A stretch of 58,134 bases of DNA, the filler included, from Basidiobolus ranarum (lineage: Eukaryota): assembly GCA_040143965.1 (NCBI GenBank). It is 8 parts of 8 records of this genome, joined end to end, with 100 filler letters (N's around TTAATTAATTAA, not from the genome) between each part and the next. Parts side by side here need not be neighbours in the genome. Positions count along the whole stretch, not along the records: positions 1 to 7,199 come from JASJQH010008039.1; positions 7,300 to 14,491 come from JASJQH010008040.1; 6 more parts are not named here. The stretch is one strand, 5' to 3'. A program made the position numbers and the translations under genes. This document shows, piece by piece, positions 1 through 10,081 of the stretch (position 1 is its first letter; every line of letters starts with the position of its first letter). The notes beneath the pieces are model-generated. The model was not told where the DNA came from. It saw nothing but the letters and a program-made list of their open reading frames with translations, and ran no database searches.

Positions 1-172
1 AACTTTGCACACATGTTCCTGGGACCTTCCTTAACATATTCTACACGTTAGTTTGTTTACATCTTAACAAAGCTATAAATGTCAACTTTCTACTAAATAA
101 ATCAATAAGTGTAAACCACCAATTCCTCTAATTCTCCAAACCACTTCCAACAGGCTCCCAAATACTTTAACA
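1..172. mobile_element. Solo-LTR family copy, truncated by window start
   Basis: Reverse-complement match to the 47611-47930 copy; ends in ...CAAATACTTTAACA. Confidence 0.8.
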
Positions 173-354
173 ATATTCACACCCTCAGAACTTGACTACA
201 TTGGTCATCAAGTTAATTGTGGATATGATCCTGTTCTATCACAATATCTTAAAATATTAATGTCTTATACATCACTTTATTTAGATTAGTATATATAATA
301 TAATTAAAGTCCACCCCACCTGGTGCTTTTCACCCCCTATATGCTAGCCCTAAC

Positions 355-617
355 CCACTAAGATATTACCCATGGTTCTCAATTGGAATTTACTTGGAAT
401 ATTTTTACGAACTTGGAAGTTCTCAGATATGTAGATTTTTGAAACTTGTGCTAGAAGTTCAAAACTGTGAGTATCTATTCGTTGAACCTTCCTTAGCACA
501 TTCTACACACTCATATGGTTACCTCTTGACAAACTATTAATGTCAACCTTTTACTCAATAAACCAGTTTCTTTAGCTCCCCAAACCACTATCAACATGCT
601 GCCAAAATACTTTGACA
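355..617. mobile_element. Degenerate solo-LTR family copy
   Basis: Shares blocks TTCTCAGATATGTAGATTTT, CCTTCCTTAGCACATTCTAC and CCAAACCACT with the other copies; ends ...AATACTTTGACA. Start boundary approximate. Confidence 0.7.
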
Positions 618-1159
618 CTGGGAAGGAACTGAAGGTGTCTTCCTGATTTGCACCAGTCTATTTGTGCAATCTTTGACCAGCGCACTAGGAACATTCTACT
701 GCTGGCTCCATCCTATTTGGAATGCTCTTAGTCCTAGCATGCTAGGAAACTCTACTAGGTCAACTTCTTGACTGTATCTTTGAATTTTATATTCAAACTT
801 GACTTATTTATTTATTAATTATATTTAAATGAATCAATAAATAAATATTACACTCTCTGGTGCTTTTTATCCCCCTAACCTATATTCAGGATATGATACA
901 GCTGCATTGTGGTGTAATTGCTATCAAAAGTTATATCTGAGATATTTTTATTGCAAAGACTTTATTTTTTACAAGTAGTGGTAAGCATTGGTGATACATA
1001 ATTATGTGGAGGTGATACGTATTTGCGTGGAAATTGAATAAGATACACTATGTTTGAAGTTAATTTATTACACTATTCATCTGTTGTAAACAAAGAATAT
1101 AACGAAGAAAATGACCTCAGCTAGTTTTGATAACATCGAGTATATATAATAGCAGATGG

Positions 1160-2737
1160 TTAACATTCATTGTTATCATATTTCCTGAACAACAAGTAAA
1201 ATATCCCAGTCATAACCCCCATCAATCCTGTTTGAATTCCAAATACGTAGACAAAGTTGGGATCATTACTCCAAACCGCCAAGACCAACCCAATCAAACT
1301 ACCACCACAATTGGTGAACAAGTATAAAGCCGTGACTACTGATTTGAGTTCAGGCGCTGCTTGTCGGAATGCGAATTCAAGTCCAGTGACCGAGGCGAAA
1401 ATTTCTGAGATTGAGATACCAATATATGGAATGGTTTGCCACCAGATGGAAATATCATTGATTGGGTCTTGTCCTACTGGCAAGTTACTTAAGTCAGTGA
1501 AATTGTAGTAAGGCCCGGTCTTATAAACTCGTGATTGAAGAACAGTTACAAAAATGAAGGCTCCAGTGGCGATGCTAAATCCAATGGTAATTCTCGTGAT
1601 AGGACCAAGTCGACATCCTATTCTTCTCAACAGCGGAAAGACAATTGTGTCAAATATGGGGATAGCAACAACTAGAACAAGACTATTGATAAGACTGAGC
1701 TGTTCAGGTCCACTGATGAAGGAGGGACGTCGCATAGTAAGACCCATATTGATGAAGTTATCTGACATGTTGTTATACAAAGCCCAGTAGAAGGGATAAA
1801 ACAAGAATACCAAAGACGCACGTAGAGTCTTCTTTAGATCCTCCACGAAGGCATCGTTCCACTCAAATCCTTCTACTTTAGCATAATCCAACCAATGTTC
1901 AATAGGGCCATTGGTTTGGGCATTGTCTAAAGGAGCCTTACGATGGGAAAGTGCATACTTGATGCAAGTGTAAGTTTTAGAGAGCACTGTACCGGATGGA
2001 GGCTTTACATAGTAGAACCTTTTGGCAGAAATGAAAATGACGATGCCCAATACAAACATGATAGCAGGAAGAGAGAAAGCTAGAGAGTAAGATCCATAGT
2101 TGTTAGCAACAATGGGACATGTGAACTGACCCAGCAAAGCACCAAGATTAATGGCCCAATAAAAGAAACGAAAAATTCTTTCAATTGTAAATTGGGAGTC
2201 AATGTATACTCCGGGAGCCTTGGTTGCAAAAAGTCCCTTTTTAATTTGCTCGGCAGCAAAGGACGAAACATTGGCTTTAATGCCACCAGTACCAAATGCG
2301 ATGAAAGCATATAAAGCAATGATATAACCGACCACTCCAAAACTTCCATCAAGAGAAGTTGGCAGAGCGCTAAGAGCTAAGATGACCAGACCAACTATAT
2401 AAAACATGGAGAACATGACGATGGTTTTGAATTTTCCAAGATATCTATCAGCGATAATGGCTCCAAGAATGGTCGTAAAGTATGCCATGAATTGAAAGCC
2501 TCTATTTACAGCAGTGGCGGCACCTTTACTAAAACCCAACATCTTTAGCATGTAAGGTTGAAGTAAGAGAGTGGCTCCATAATAGGCAAAGCGCTCACAT
2601 AATTCAGTGATGATAATAAACCAGGCAGCGATAGGGATTTTTCCAGCAACACGAAGTTTAATATCTTCAGGCTCAGGTCGGCCCTCTCCTTCGTAGGTAA
2701 CCTCTGTGTCCTGCTCAACCTTTTTTTCTTCACTCAT
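1160..2737 (-). CDS. PTR2: POT/PTR2-family proton-dependent oligopeptide transporter (525 aa, intronless)
   Basis: ExxERFxYYG motif (ELCERFAYYG), GAIIADRYLGK, GTGGIKANVSSF, FYWAINLGAL and EIFASVTGLEFAF..AP..LKSVV; many TM helices. Confidence 0.95.
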   Translation of the reverse strand: MSEEKKVEQDTEVTYEGEGRPEPEDIKLRVAGKIPIAAWFIIITELCERFAYYGATLLLQPYMLKMLGFSKGAATAVNRGFQFMAYFTTILGAIIADRYLGKFKTIVMFSMFYIVGLVILALSALPTSLDGSFGVVGYIIALYAFIAFGTGGIKANVSSFAAEQIKKGLFATKAPGVYIDSQFTIERIFRFFYWAINLGALLGQFTCPIVANNYGSYSLAFSLPAIMFVLGIVIFISAKRFYYVKPPSGTVLSKTYTCIKYALSHRKAPLDNAQTNGPIEHWLDYAKVEGFEWNDAFVEDLKKTLRASLVFLFYPFYWALYNNMSDNFINMGLTMRRPSFISGPEQLSLINSLVLVVAIPIFDTIVFPLLRRIGCRLGPITRITIGFSIATGAFIFVTVLQSRVYKTGPYYNFTDLSNLPVGQDPINDISIWWQTIPYIGISISEIFASVTGLEFAFRQAAPELKSVVTALYLFTNCGGSLIGLVLAVWSNDPNFVYVFGIQTGLMGVMTGIFYLLFRKYDNNEC

Positions 2738-2876
2738 AGTTAGTTGTGTATGATTATTAAGTATTAACCAAGCTGTTGTACATTTCTAGAATATCTTTGA
2801 TGCTGCTTTTATAAACAAGCATTCAGTCGCGTTACTAAAGCGCCACTAATGCCAAAAAGAGAGAAGTTACGAAATA

Positions 2877-2957
2877 GACCAATTGGCAGTATATGCTTTA
2901 GTGGAAATATAGTTCGATTGACCAGTAGCAGTATATGATTGACCAAAAGCAGCATAT
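2877..2957. repeat. Imperfect 21-nt repeats upstream of PTR2
   Basis: GATTGACCAGTAGCAGTATAT (2916-2936), GATTGACCAAAAGCAGCATAT (2937-2957) and a related GACCAATTGGCAGTATAT at 2877. Confidence 0.6.
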
Positions 2958-5461
2958 TCTACCAATAAAATCGCTTCAATCCAAACTTTTTGACATCAAG
3001 TAGCTTCACTTGCATTGCACCAACCGTCAAGTCAATCCTGAAAGCAACTCAACTCTTGAATTGTATTTAGATAGAGAAATTACTAAAAGAGCTTACCTTT
3101 ATCCGACTTTGAAACATATATTACGCAACAATAGGATCTATATGTGGTATTTATCGGATTAACTAATATCCTCTTGCGACTTACAAGAGTAATGAATATG
3201 GTAAATGCGGAACAGCGAAAGTATATGTATCGAAGGTATATGTGTCGATGACGTTGTGCTGTACCAACGAGAAGCACAAACCCTCACGACCACCATCTTC
3301 TCTAGGTCTCAACACATACACTACATATCAAAGCTTCGTATTTCCTACCTCAACCACGCAATGAACATTGTACCTTACGATGGTTGGGATGGTTTGGTTG
3401 GGATGGTTGGGATGGTTGGTACTGTTACTACCAGTATCAGCCAAGTTAATTGGTATTAGTACTACTTGTATCATTTAATATACTACTGTTTGCAATAGAT
3501 GCATGGAATAAAGCTCTTGATGAGTGGTTAGCTTATACAGTCGGCGCCAGACTATCAAACCCAATAAAACAGTCACTGTTGGATTTGACCGAACTCAGCC
3601 AATCACACCTGCCATGAATTTATCAAGACCTAAGTGAGAGATCCAATGTGATCCAGCGTGTGATCAGGCTACGATGAGCTAAATAGATTACAAAAAAAAT
3701 CAAGCAGCAAAATGGAATTCATGCTCGAATGAACACAGTCCAAGATCGTCCTGTCCGTGACCAGTCCACATCAACAATCCTGATGATATTGCAATTATCG
3801 TTCTCCAGTTACTCTAATTTTCTAACAGTATTGGCAAGGGCTCACACAAGAAACACTCATCAAACAGTCGTGTCGTATTTGGACAATTACCAAGATATAG
3901 TTGATTATTTCCAGGGCGTTCTAACTTTCTATCATGTGTCCTTGGCACCTTAAAAGATGACGAGAAGCAAATGGAGCTCTCTCTTTATTCAAATATCCTT
4001 GTTGCGACCTAGTTCAAAGCTGACGACTCTAAGATTGAGTCCACTAACGCCATACTGAACTGGGTTGGTGCGATCATATCTCAAAGCAAATGCACCAGTC
4101 ATTCGATGTTTCTAACCTGTATCTTCCCATCAGAGCGTCGAAGCCCTCTTTCCCCTCTTTGTTGAAGTTACAACATTGGCATCTATATGGCGATACCTAA
4201 CTATATGGCGATACCTAACATCAGAGATTTTTTCTCAATACATATATATATACCATAGTAGCTAATATTTCAATTATACCCTAAAGCATTCCTGAAATAA
4301 GAAAAATGAAAAATATGTGCATGAATGGTTACTCACAGACGGAATGTTTCAATTGACATATTTCGCTAAACACTGTTACATATCTTGCATAAAAAGTTAT
4401 TCAATACAGAATTGGAACATTCACGATTCACATGATTACCTCAAACTGCAATACATCAGGGCATCTCGAATCTATTTACCACAGTCTACCGAGTCGTCAT
4501 CCTTTTCAGAACCGTAAACACCGGTACTACCATCACCATAACATACACTATCGTTTTCGGAGTCTTAGGTACCAACGTTTTACCACTATCCTGGTTCATT
4601 CATTGGTTAGCTGATGACTATTGCGTATATTTGACAGGCAGTCATAATTTTACATAAAATGACGTACTTTACATAGTAAAGATAGATAAAGTTAGATGGC
4701 TACAAGGATTGTGTGTTACTCAAATCCAGAGTTTGCTACACTAAAACTGAGAAAAGTAGGCTGGTGACATACATTCTCTTTTTGAGAAAATTCATGCGAC
4801 TTAATACCGCCAAACGGTACTAAGGTAATCCATTGTGGGTTAGTTGTGGGAAAAACGTACCTATTTGTCGAAGTACTACGACGATTGAATTCCAGCCGGA
4901 ATTAGTTCTTTAAGTCGACTTTTCCCACTATGGTTACTATTATCATATGGTTGCAGGAAAGGAAATTACTGGGGGTACTGAATTTTTAAATAGCACCCTT
5001 GGTAGTATATATGGACTTCAACAACCATTGAATTACATTCAAATTTATATCGTCAACTTAATACTGCTACTATGCATACAATTTGTCAACTACTACTATA
5101 TCCCAGACTCCATTGTACAAATTTACTTGATAATCAGGGTGGCTAATTTTGGAAAGTCATGGTGACACTTCGGTTAATAAATACATATTAACGCACCTAT
5201 TGATGGCCTTTGCATACCACACTCTTGGATTTTAGTACAAATCCCAGGTCATGTTATGGGCTAATTTACCCGGCCCATTGAAAAGCATAAACCTAGAGGT
5301 GATACCATGAAGAATTCCGAGATAGCAACAACACTCCGGCTAAATTATGTATTGAAAGATTGGAATTTAGGGCCATCTTCTTTCGTCTGAGTAACCACTC
5401 GTAAAACATCAAGCATAATATAAATAAGTAATTTAGACCCACTCTTCTTACCAACAGCAAA

Positions 5462-6799
5462 ATGCAGCTTACAAACGCAGTCGTCTCCGCTAAGGCCTTA
5501 CTCCTGGTACTCCCATCTATTCTTTCCTTCGCTTCATCGGTAACCGCTAGGTCCTTCCCGTTGAATGATGGTGTCAATCTTCGCGCTGGCCCAGGAACTA
5601 CTTATGCCGTGGTAGGTTCCTTAAAGTCAGGTACTTATGTGGATGTTGTATGCCAAGAAGTCGGTCAGTCTGTCAATGGCTACAATATCTGGGATAAACT
5701 TTCAGATGGCAAATGGGTCTTTGATAAATACGTTGAAACGGGTACAAAATTTGTGACTGACATTCCAAGATGCTCCGAAACTGGGGGTGCTAATGATGGC
5801 AATACATTTCCTATTAACGATAACGGAGTACGGGTCCGTTCTGGCCCTGGAACCAGCTTCTCACAAGTAGGCACTTTAAACAAAGGTGACAAAGTAACTA
5901 TCCAATGCCAAGGTTCTGGCGAGTCAGTCAATGGATACAATGTCTGGGACAAACTCACTAATGGCAATTGGGTATTTGACAAGTACGTCGAAACGGGTAG
6001 TCAGTATGTATCCGGTATACCTAAATGTGATGAAGGCAATGGCGGTGACAACACTTTCCCCATTAACGACAATGATGTCCGTGTTCGTTCTGGGCCAGGA
6101 ACCAACTACTCACAAGTAGATACTTTGAATAAGGGGGATAAAGTTACCATTCAATGTCAAGGAACCGGTGAATCTGTCAATGGATACAATGTCTGGGATA
6201 AACTAAGTAATGGCAACTGGGTCTTCGATAAATACGTCGAAACCGGAAGTCAATTTGTTTCCGGTATCCCCAAATGTGAGGGTGGTGGTGATAGCGGTAA
6301 CGGTGGGAATGGCGGCAATCAAGGCGACGGTGGATCGAACAATGGTCATATTAACCAAGCTGGATTGGATTTAGTCAAGAGCTTTGAAGGCTGGTTTCCC
6401 AATTTCTATATTGACCCAGTTGGTATCAAAACTATTGGCTATGGTCATGCCTGTCATTCTGATCCTACTGGATGTGCCAATATTCAAGCACCCCTATCGG
6501 TCGCTCAAGGTGAAGATTTATTACGTCGTGATATGGCAGAATTCGAAAACTGTGTTAGCGGACTTATTTCAGCGTCTCTTACTTCAAACCAATTCTCAGC
6601 ATTAGTATCATTCTCCTTCAATGTTGGCTGTGGTGCTCTTCGTAACTCTGATATGCGTAGGTTTACCAATCAAGGTAACATCGGTGCAGCAGCTACAGAA
6701 TTTGGCCTCTGGGTGCATGGTGGAGGAAGGGTTCTCCCTGGCTTAGTTAGAAGACGTAAGGCGGAGCGAGATCTATTTTGCTCAGGTATTTCTTGCTAA
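5462..6799 (+). CDS. Secreted GH24 (phage-type) lysozyme/muramidase with three N-terminal SH3b-like cell-wall-binding repeats (445 aa, intronless)
   Basis: Hydrophobic signal peptide; three ~74-aa repeats (RSGPGT...CQ..G..VNG.N.WDKL..G.WVFDKYVETG...PKC); Gly/Asn linker; GH24 domain INQAGLDLVKSFEG...YIDPVGIKTIGYGH with E-x8-D-x5-T triad (E309/D318/T324), then NQFSALVSFSFNVG and LPGLVRRRKAE. Confidence 0.93.
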   Translation: MQLTNAVVSAKALLLVLPSILSFASSVTARSFPLNDGVNLRAGPGTTYAVVGSLKSGTYVDVVCQEVGQSVNGYNIWDKLSDGKWVFDKYVETGTKFVTDIPRCSETGGANDGNTFPINDNGVRVRSGPGTSFSQVGTLNKGDKVTIQCQGSGESVNGYNVWDKLTNGNWVFDKYVETGSQYVSGIPKCDEGNGGDNTFPINDNDVRVRSGPGTNYSQVDTLNKGDKVTIQCQGTGESVNGYNVWDKLSNGNWVFDKYVETGSQFVSGIPKCEGGGDSGNGGNGGNQGDGGSNNGHINQAGLDLVKSFEGWFPNFYIDPVGIKTIGYGHACHSDPTGCANIQAPLSVAQGEDLLRRDMAEFENCVSGLISASLTSNQFSALVSFSFNVGCGALRNSDMRRFTNQGNIGAAATEFGLWVHGGGRVLPGLVRRRKAERDLFCSGISC

Positions 6800-7199
6800 A
6801 GAAAAATATTGTTGTTCTCTCTGATAGACAAAATAAAGCAACATTAGCGTGAGTGCTATATTCAACACAATCATCGAATTGCGATTGGCCATACTAGACA
6901 TATGAGAGTATAGAAAGACAATAGATAAATCCTAAATCAAGATACAAATACTGGTCTGTGTATCCCAGTATCATATCCTTCGAAGGGCATTGCATATATA
7001 AATACTGCTGACATTCGTCTGAATACTTTTCTATGATTGTCAAATTTTAATTTCAGCTTGTCCAATGATTTTTTGCAATCATCTAATTTTAGGTTTATTT
7101 TAGGTTTATTTTAGGTTTATAATCAATAACCCTATATTAATAGTTAAGTCAATAAAAGTGTTAAAGAATAGAGTTGAGTATCTAATTACTCATGTTGGT

Positions 7200-7299
7200 N
7201 NNNNNNNNNNNNNNNNNNNNNNNNNNNNNNNNNNNNNNNNNNNTTAATTAATTAANNNNNNNNNNNNNNNNNNNNNNNNNNNNNNNNNNNNNNNNNNNN
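7200..7299. other. Artificial contig spacer (44N + TTAATTAATTAA + 44N)
   Basis: The identical 100-nt spacer occurs 7 times; its core has stop codons in all frames. Confidence 0.98.
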
Positions 7300-8459
7300 C
7301 CTTATCAGCGAAATTCTTGGCCAGATTCTCGATTACTTCTAATGTATACCGGAAATTCTCTCGAGCTTTCTCGGCCCCAGTGTTCATACGAAGGGTTTGT
7401 TCCCGATAGAAGCTAAAGAATCTCTCCATATCTTCTTTGGATCCGGGGTTCAATTGCCCTCCACTGGATATATGCGATCGTTGTTTAGATTTATGCGGAA
7501 ACGGACTACCATAAGGCGTACTCAGAGAGTTCCGCTGCTCAGTAAGCAAACGTAATTCATCTAGCAACTTTTCTGGCGGTATTGAGGCGTCAAAGCCTTC
7601 TTGCCGAATTCGTAGAAGCTTATTATGGAGCGGCGTCAGAATACTATCCGGTGGGCGTTTGGTACGTGTAGTGCCATTGCTACCGGGTTTCGCTTGATTT
7701 AGCGTATTGGGAATAGATATTGAGCATCCAATATTTGTACTTGATAGCGACATCGTATCAAATACACGAGTGACATGCGAACCATTTTGAAAATCAGAGA
7801 AACTAAGAGAAAGTACAAATGAGTTATGGCGAGAAATCAGTAGAAGTTTGTTCAAACCATTACCTTGAGGGCAGAGTATCAGGTGTATCAATTTTTCCCT
7901 CACTCCTGTAACCATTGGAATTAAGTCAATTCGATGCGTCGATTTTATTCATGATGGTCAGAAATCATGCTACTTACTCTGGCGTAACACGGTCGTCGAC
8001 CTCCGAAGGCTTAGGAGAGTCAAAGCGGGTTTTGTTGTAAAAGTCAGATATCTCATCGTAGAAAGAGCACTTCTTCTTCTCCGTTGGTCCTACTTTACCA
8101 TTGTATTCCTCTACCTCCTGATAATTAACATTAAGCTATTAGGTCAATAAAATAAGCGACGCTTAAGAAAGAGCAAAAGAAACACCTACTCGAAAAGAGC
8201 GCAGCATGTTTTTCCACTTTTGGTGGCACTGTTCGCTGGATTTATCAAAGCCTCTTGTTTGTAAATGAGTAGCAATCTCCGCCCAAAGTTTTCTTGGCCG
8301 TTTCATGGATAAAAATAACGCGTTCCTTTCTTGACGTAGAGCAATGAGAAGTTTGGTTTCTTCATGGCTCCAAAATGTTGGTTGCTTAAAGCTGGAGGCG
8401 TCAAAATTTAGAGAATCTTGTGAGGCATTTATCTCAGAGTGATCTTCTGAAAAAGTCAT
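7300..8459 (-). CDS. Trihelix (GT-like)/Myb-SANT DNA-binding protein; 4 exons (8459-8190, 8117-7978, 7905-7864, 7802-7300), 3' end cut by contig edge
   Basis: WSHEETKLLIALR...LWAEIATHL...GFDKSSEQCHQKWKNMLRSFR splices (GTAGGT..CAG) to EVEEYN...KKKCSFYDEISDFY. Two more GT-AG introns keep the frame into the long 3' exon, which has a helical C-terminal region. Confidence 0.8.
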
Positions 8460-9762
8460 GATGTTTGAGAAAGCACTGTCAGCCTAGCTAATTTTAGGAA
8501 TATAACTAGGTTTGATAATATCTCGGTAAAGTACGTCGCGAGAGTAGACGAGAGTTTTTAGAGACGAGGAAGTCAAGAGTATAATCACAGTAGATTAAAG
8601 GTCAAGGAGAAGAGTGAGCGTAAGTTAAAGGGTAGAAATGGAATATGAAACGGATCCTGAGCTTGGAGAGATTGGGTATAAAACTGGTCACAAAGAACAG
8701 GTTTTTGGGGGATGATTGACAGCTTTCATTTCACAAGTGAATAAAATACAGCTATTGTGTACTCTCGGATGATCATTGCAGACCATTCGGGTCGATAGAT
8801 TCCCATTCCATTACAAACAAATTTACCCGAATCTCTCCAACACCGTGATTCGTTAAAAACGATTGAAATGGGCGATGAAAATAGTCTAAGTCGAGAATGA
8901 CTATTAGTTGCACTATCTCTTGAAACTGACAGAATAGATATCATTACTGGACACCATGGCCACTCTATAAACAGAAATGGCACCATCCCCGCAGTTGGGT
9001 TACACACTACTCCCAGCGCAAATCACATAGCGTTGAAGCCAAACCCCAAAGTTTGCAACCACTCCTTTCACAGCATAAAACCAGGCTCTCGTAATTAAAG
9101 GTGTGCAATACCCTGCGACATAGTACAGTATAAATAAATATCTTGATTTCAACAGATCATGTTAATTTGGGTTCATCATGGTTTTACCAAGATTATCCAG
9201 TCCAACAACAGTAAGTTAGGGTGCATGAGTTAAGTGCTCTTTATTTGCTTATTTTGACTCGAAAAACGTTGATCGTGGAAAGGACTGGAAGACCCCTGGT
9301 CATGTGACATCAAGAGAGGTCACGCCTAATTTATGCATCATGTAAAACCTGTGGGGATAGCATTGAGCTAGAATTTGTTTTAGATATTATAAGCCTTTTT
9401 TCTTTTCTATACATTAGAAATCCGATTCAAATATTTAAACTGAACCAATAAAGAGTGTGTAGTATGTGTACTTCCACAGTTGTCTAATATCAAAACTTGA
9501 AAGTATATCAATGGCCATTGCCAATAGAAGTTGTAAATACGGGAGATGAATTGGAAGTGTTGGAACTATTTATACTGAGATGGAAATATCATATTACTAG
9601 GATGGAGAAACTAGAAAAAACAATTTAGGAATCTCTGGCCAAGCATGAGAGTTTCTCAAGAACAGTTGTGGGCAGCATGATATACTCTTCATGAACTCAC
9701 CATTTTTATTTGAAGTTTACTTGTCATATGTCTATATCTCCAAGACTTAGATATGTTGGTAT

Positions 9763-10081
9763 TGTTAAAGTATTTTGGGAGCCTGTTGGAAGTGGTTTGG
9801 AGTAGAGAAATTGTTAGTTTTCACTTATTTATTGAGTTGAAAGTTGACATTTATAGTTTTGTCAATATGTAAGCAAACTATTGCATAGAATGTGTTAAAA
9901 AAAGTCTTAGAAACATATGTGCAAAGTTTGGGGTATCTAACATAAGTTTTCAAAATCTATATATCTGAGAACTTCCAAGTATATTGAGAGAATAATGGGC
10001 GATATCTTAGTTCAATATAGGAGAACTAAATTCTAAGCTATATATTACTATATAGGTATTTAGGCAATGCTAATTCCAACA
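9763..10081. mobile_element. Solo LTR with 5-bp TSD GGTAT
   Basis: TGTTAAAG...TTCCAACA flanked by GGTAT on both sides (9758-9762, 10082-10086). Confidence 0.85.

Noticed and set aside
3205-3960. Possible gene between PTR2 and the lysozyme, including the (GGATGGTTG)n tract at ~3380-3420
   Set aside because: Short frames broken by stops, no recognisable domain and no consistent splice model; at most a decayed relic.
4183-4218. 18-nt tandem duplication CTATATGGCGATACCTAA x2; also (TTTTAGGTTTA)x3 at ~7087-7120
   Set aside because: Simple local slippage repeats; no spacers, so not CRISPR, and not a canonical telomere array.
5462-6799. Lysozyme as a prophage gene or bacterial contaminant
   Set aside because: It has a eukaryote-style signal peptide and an AATAAA downstream, has no phage neighbours, and shares its contig with a fungal PTR2 and the genome's LTR family.
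7244-7915. Track ORFs running into N-runs (also 21643-21828 and 36391-36924)
   Set aside because: Their ends are spacer artefacts. The first is partly intron plus the last exon of the trihelix gene, the last is a Gypsy RT fragment, and 21643-21828 has no recognisable product.
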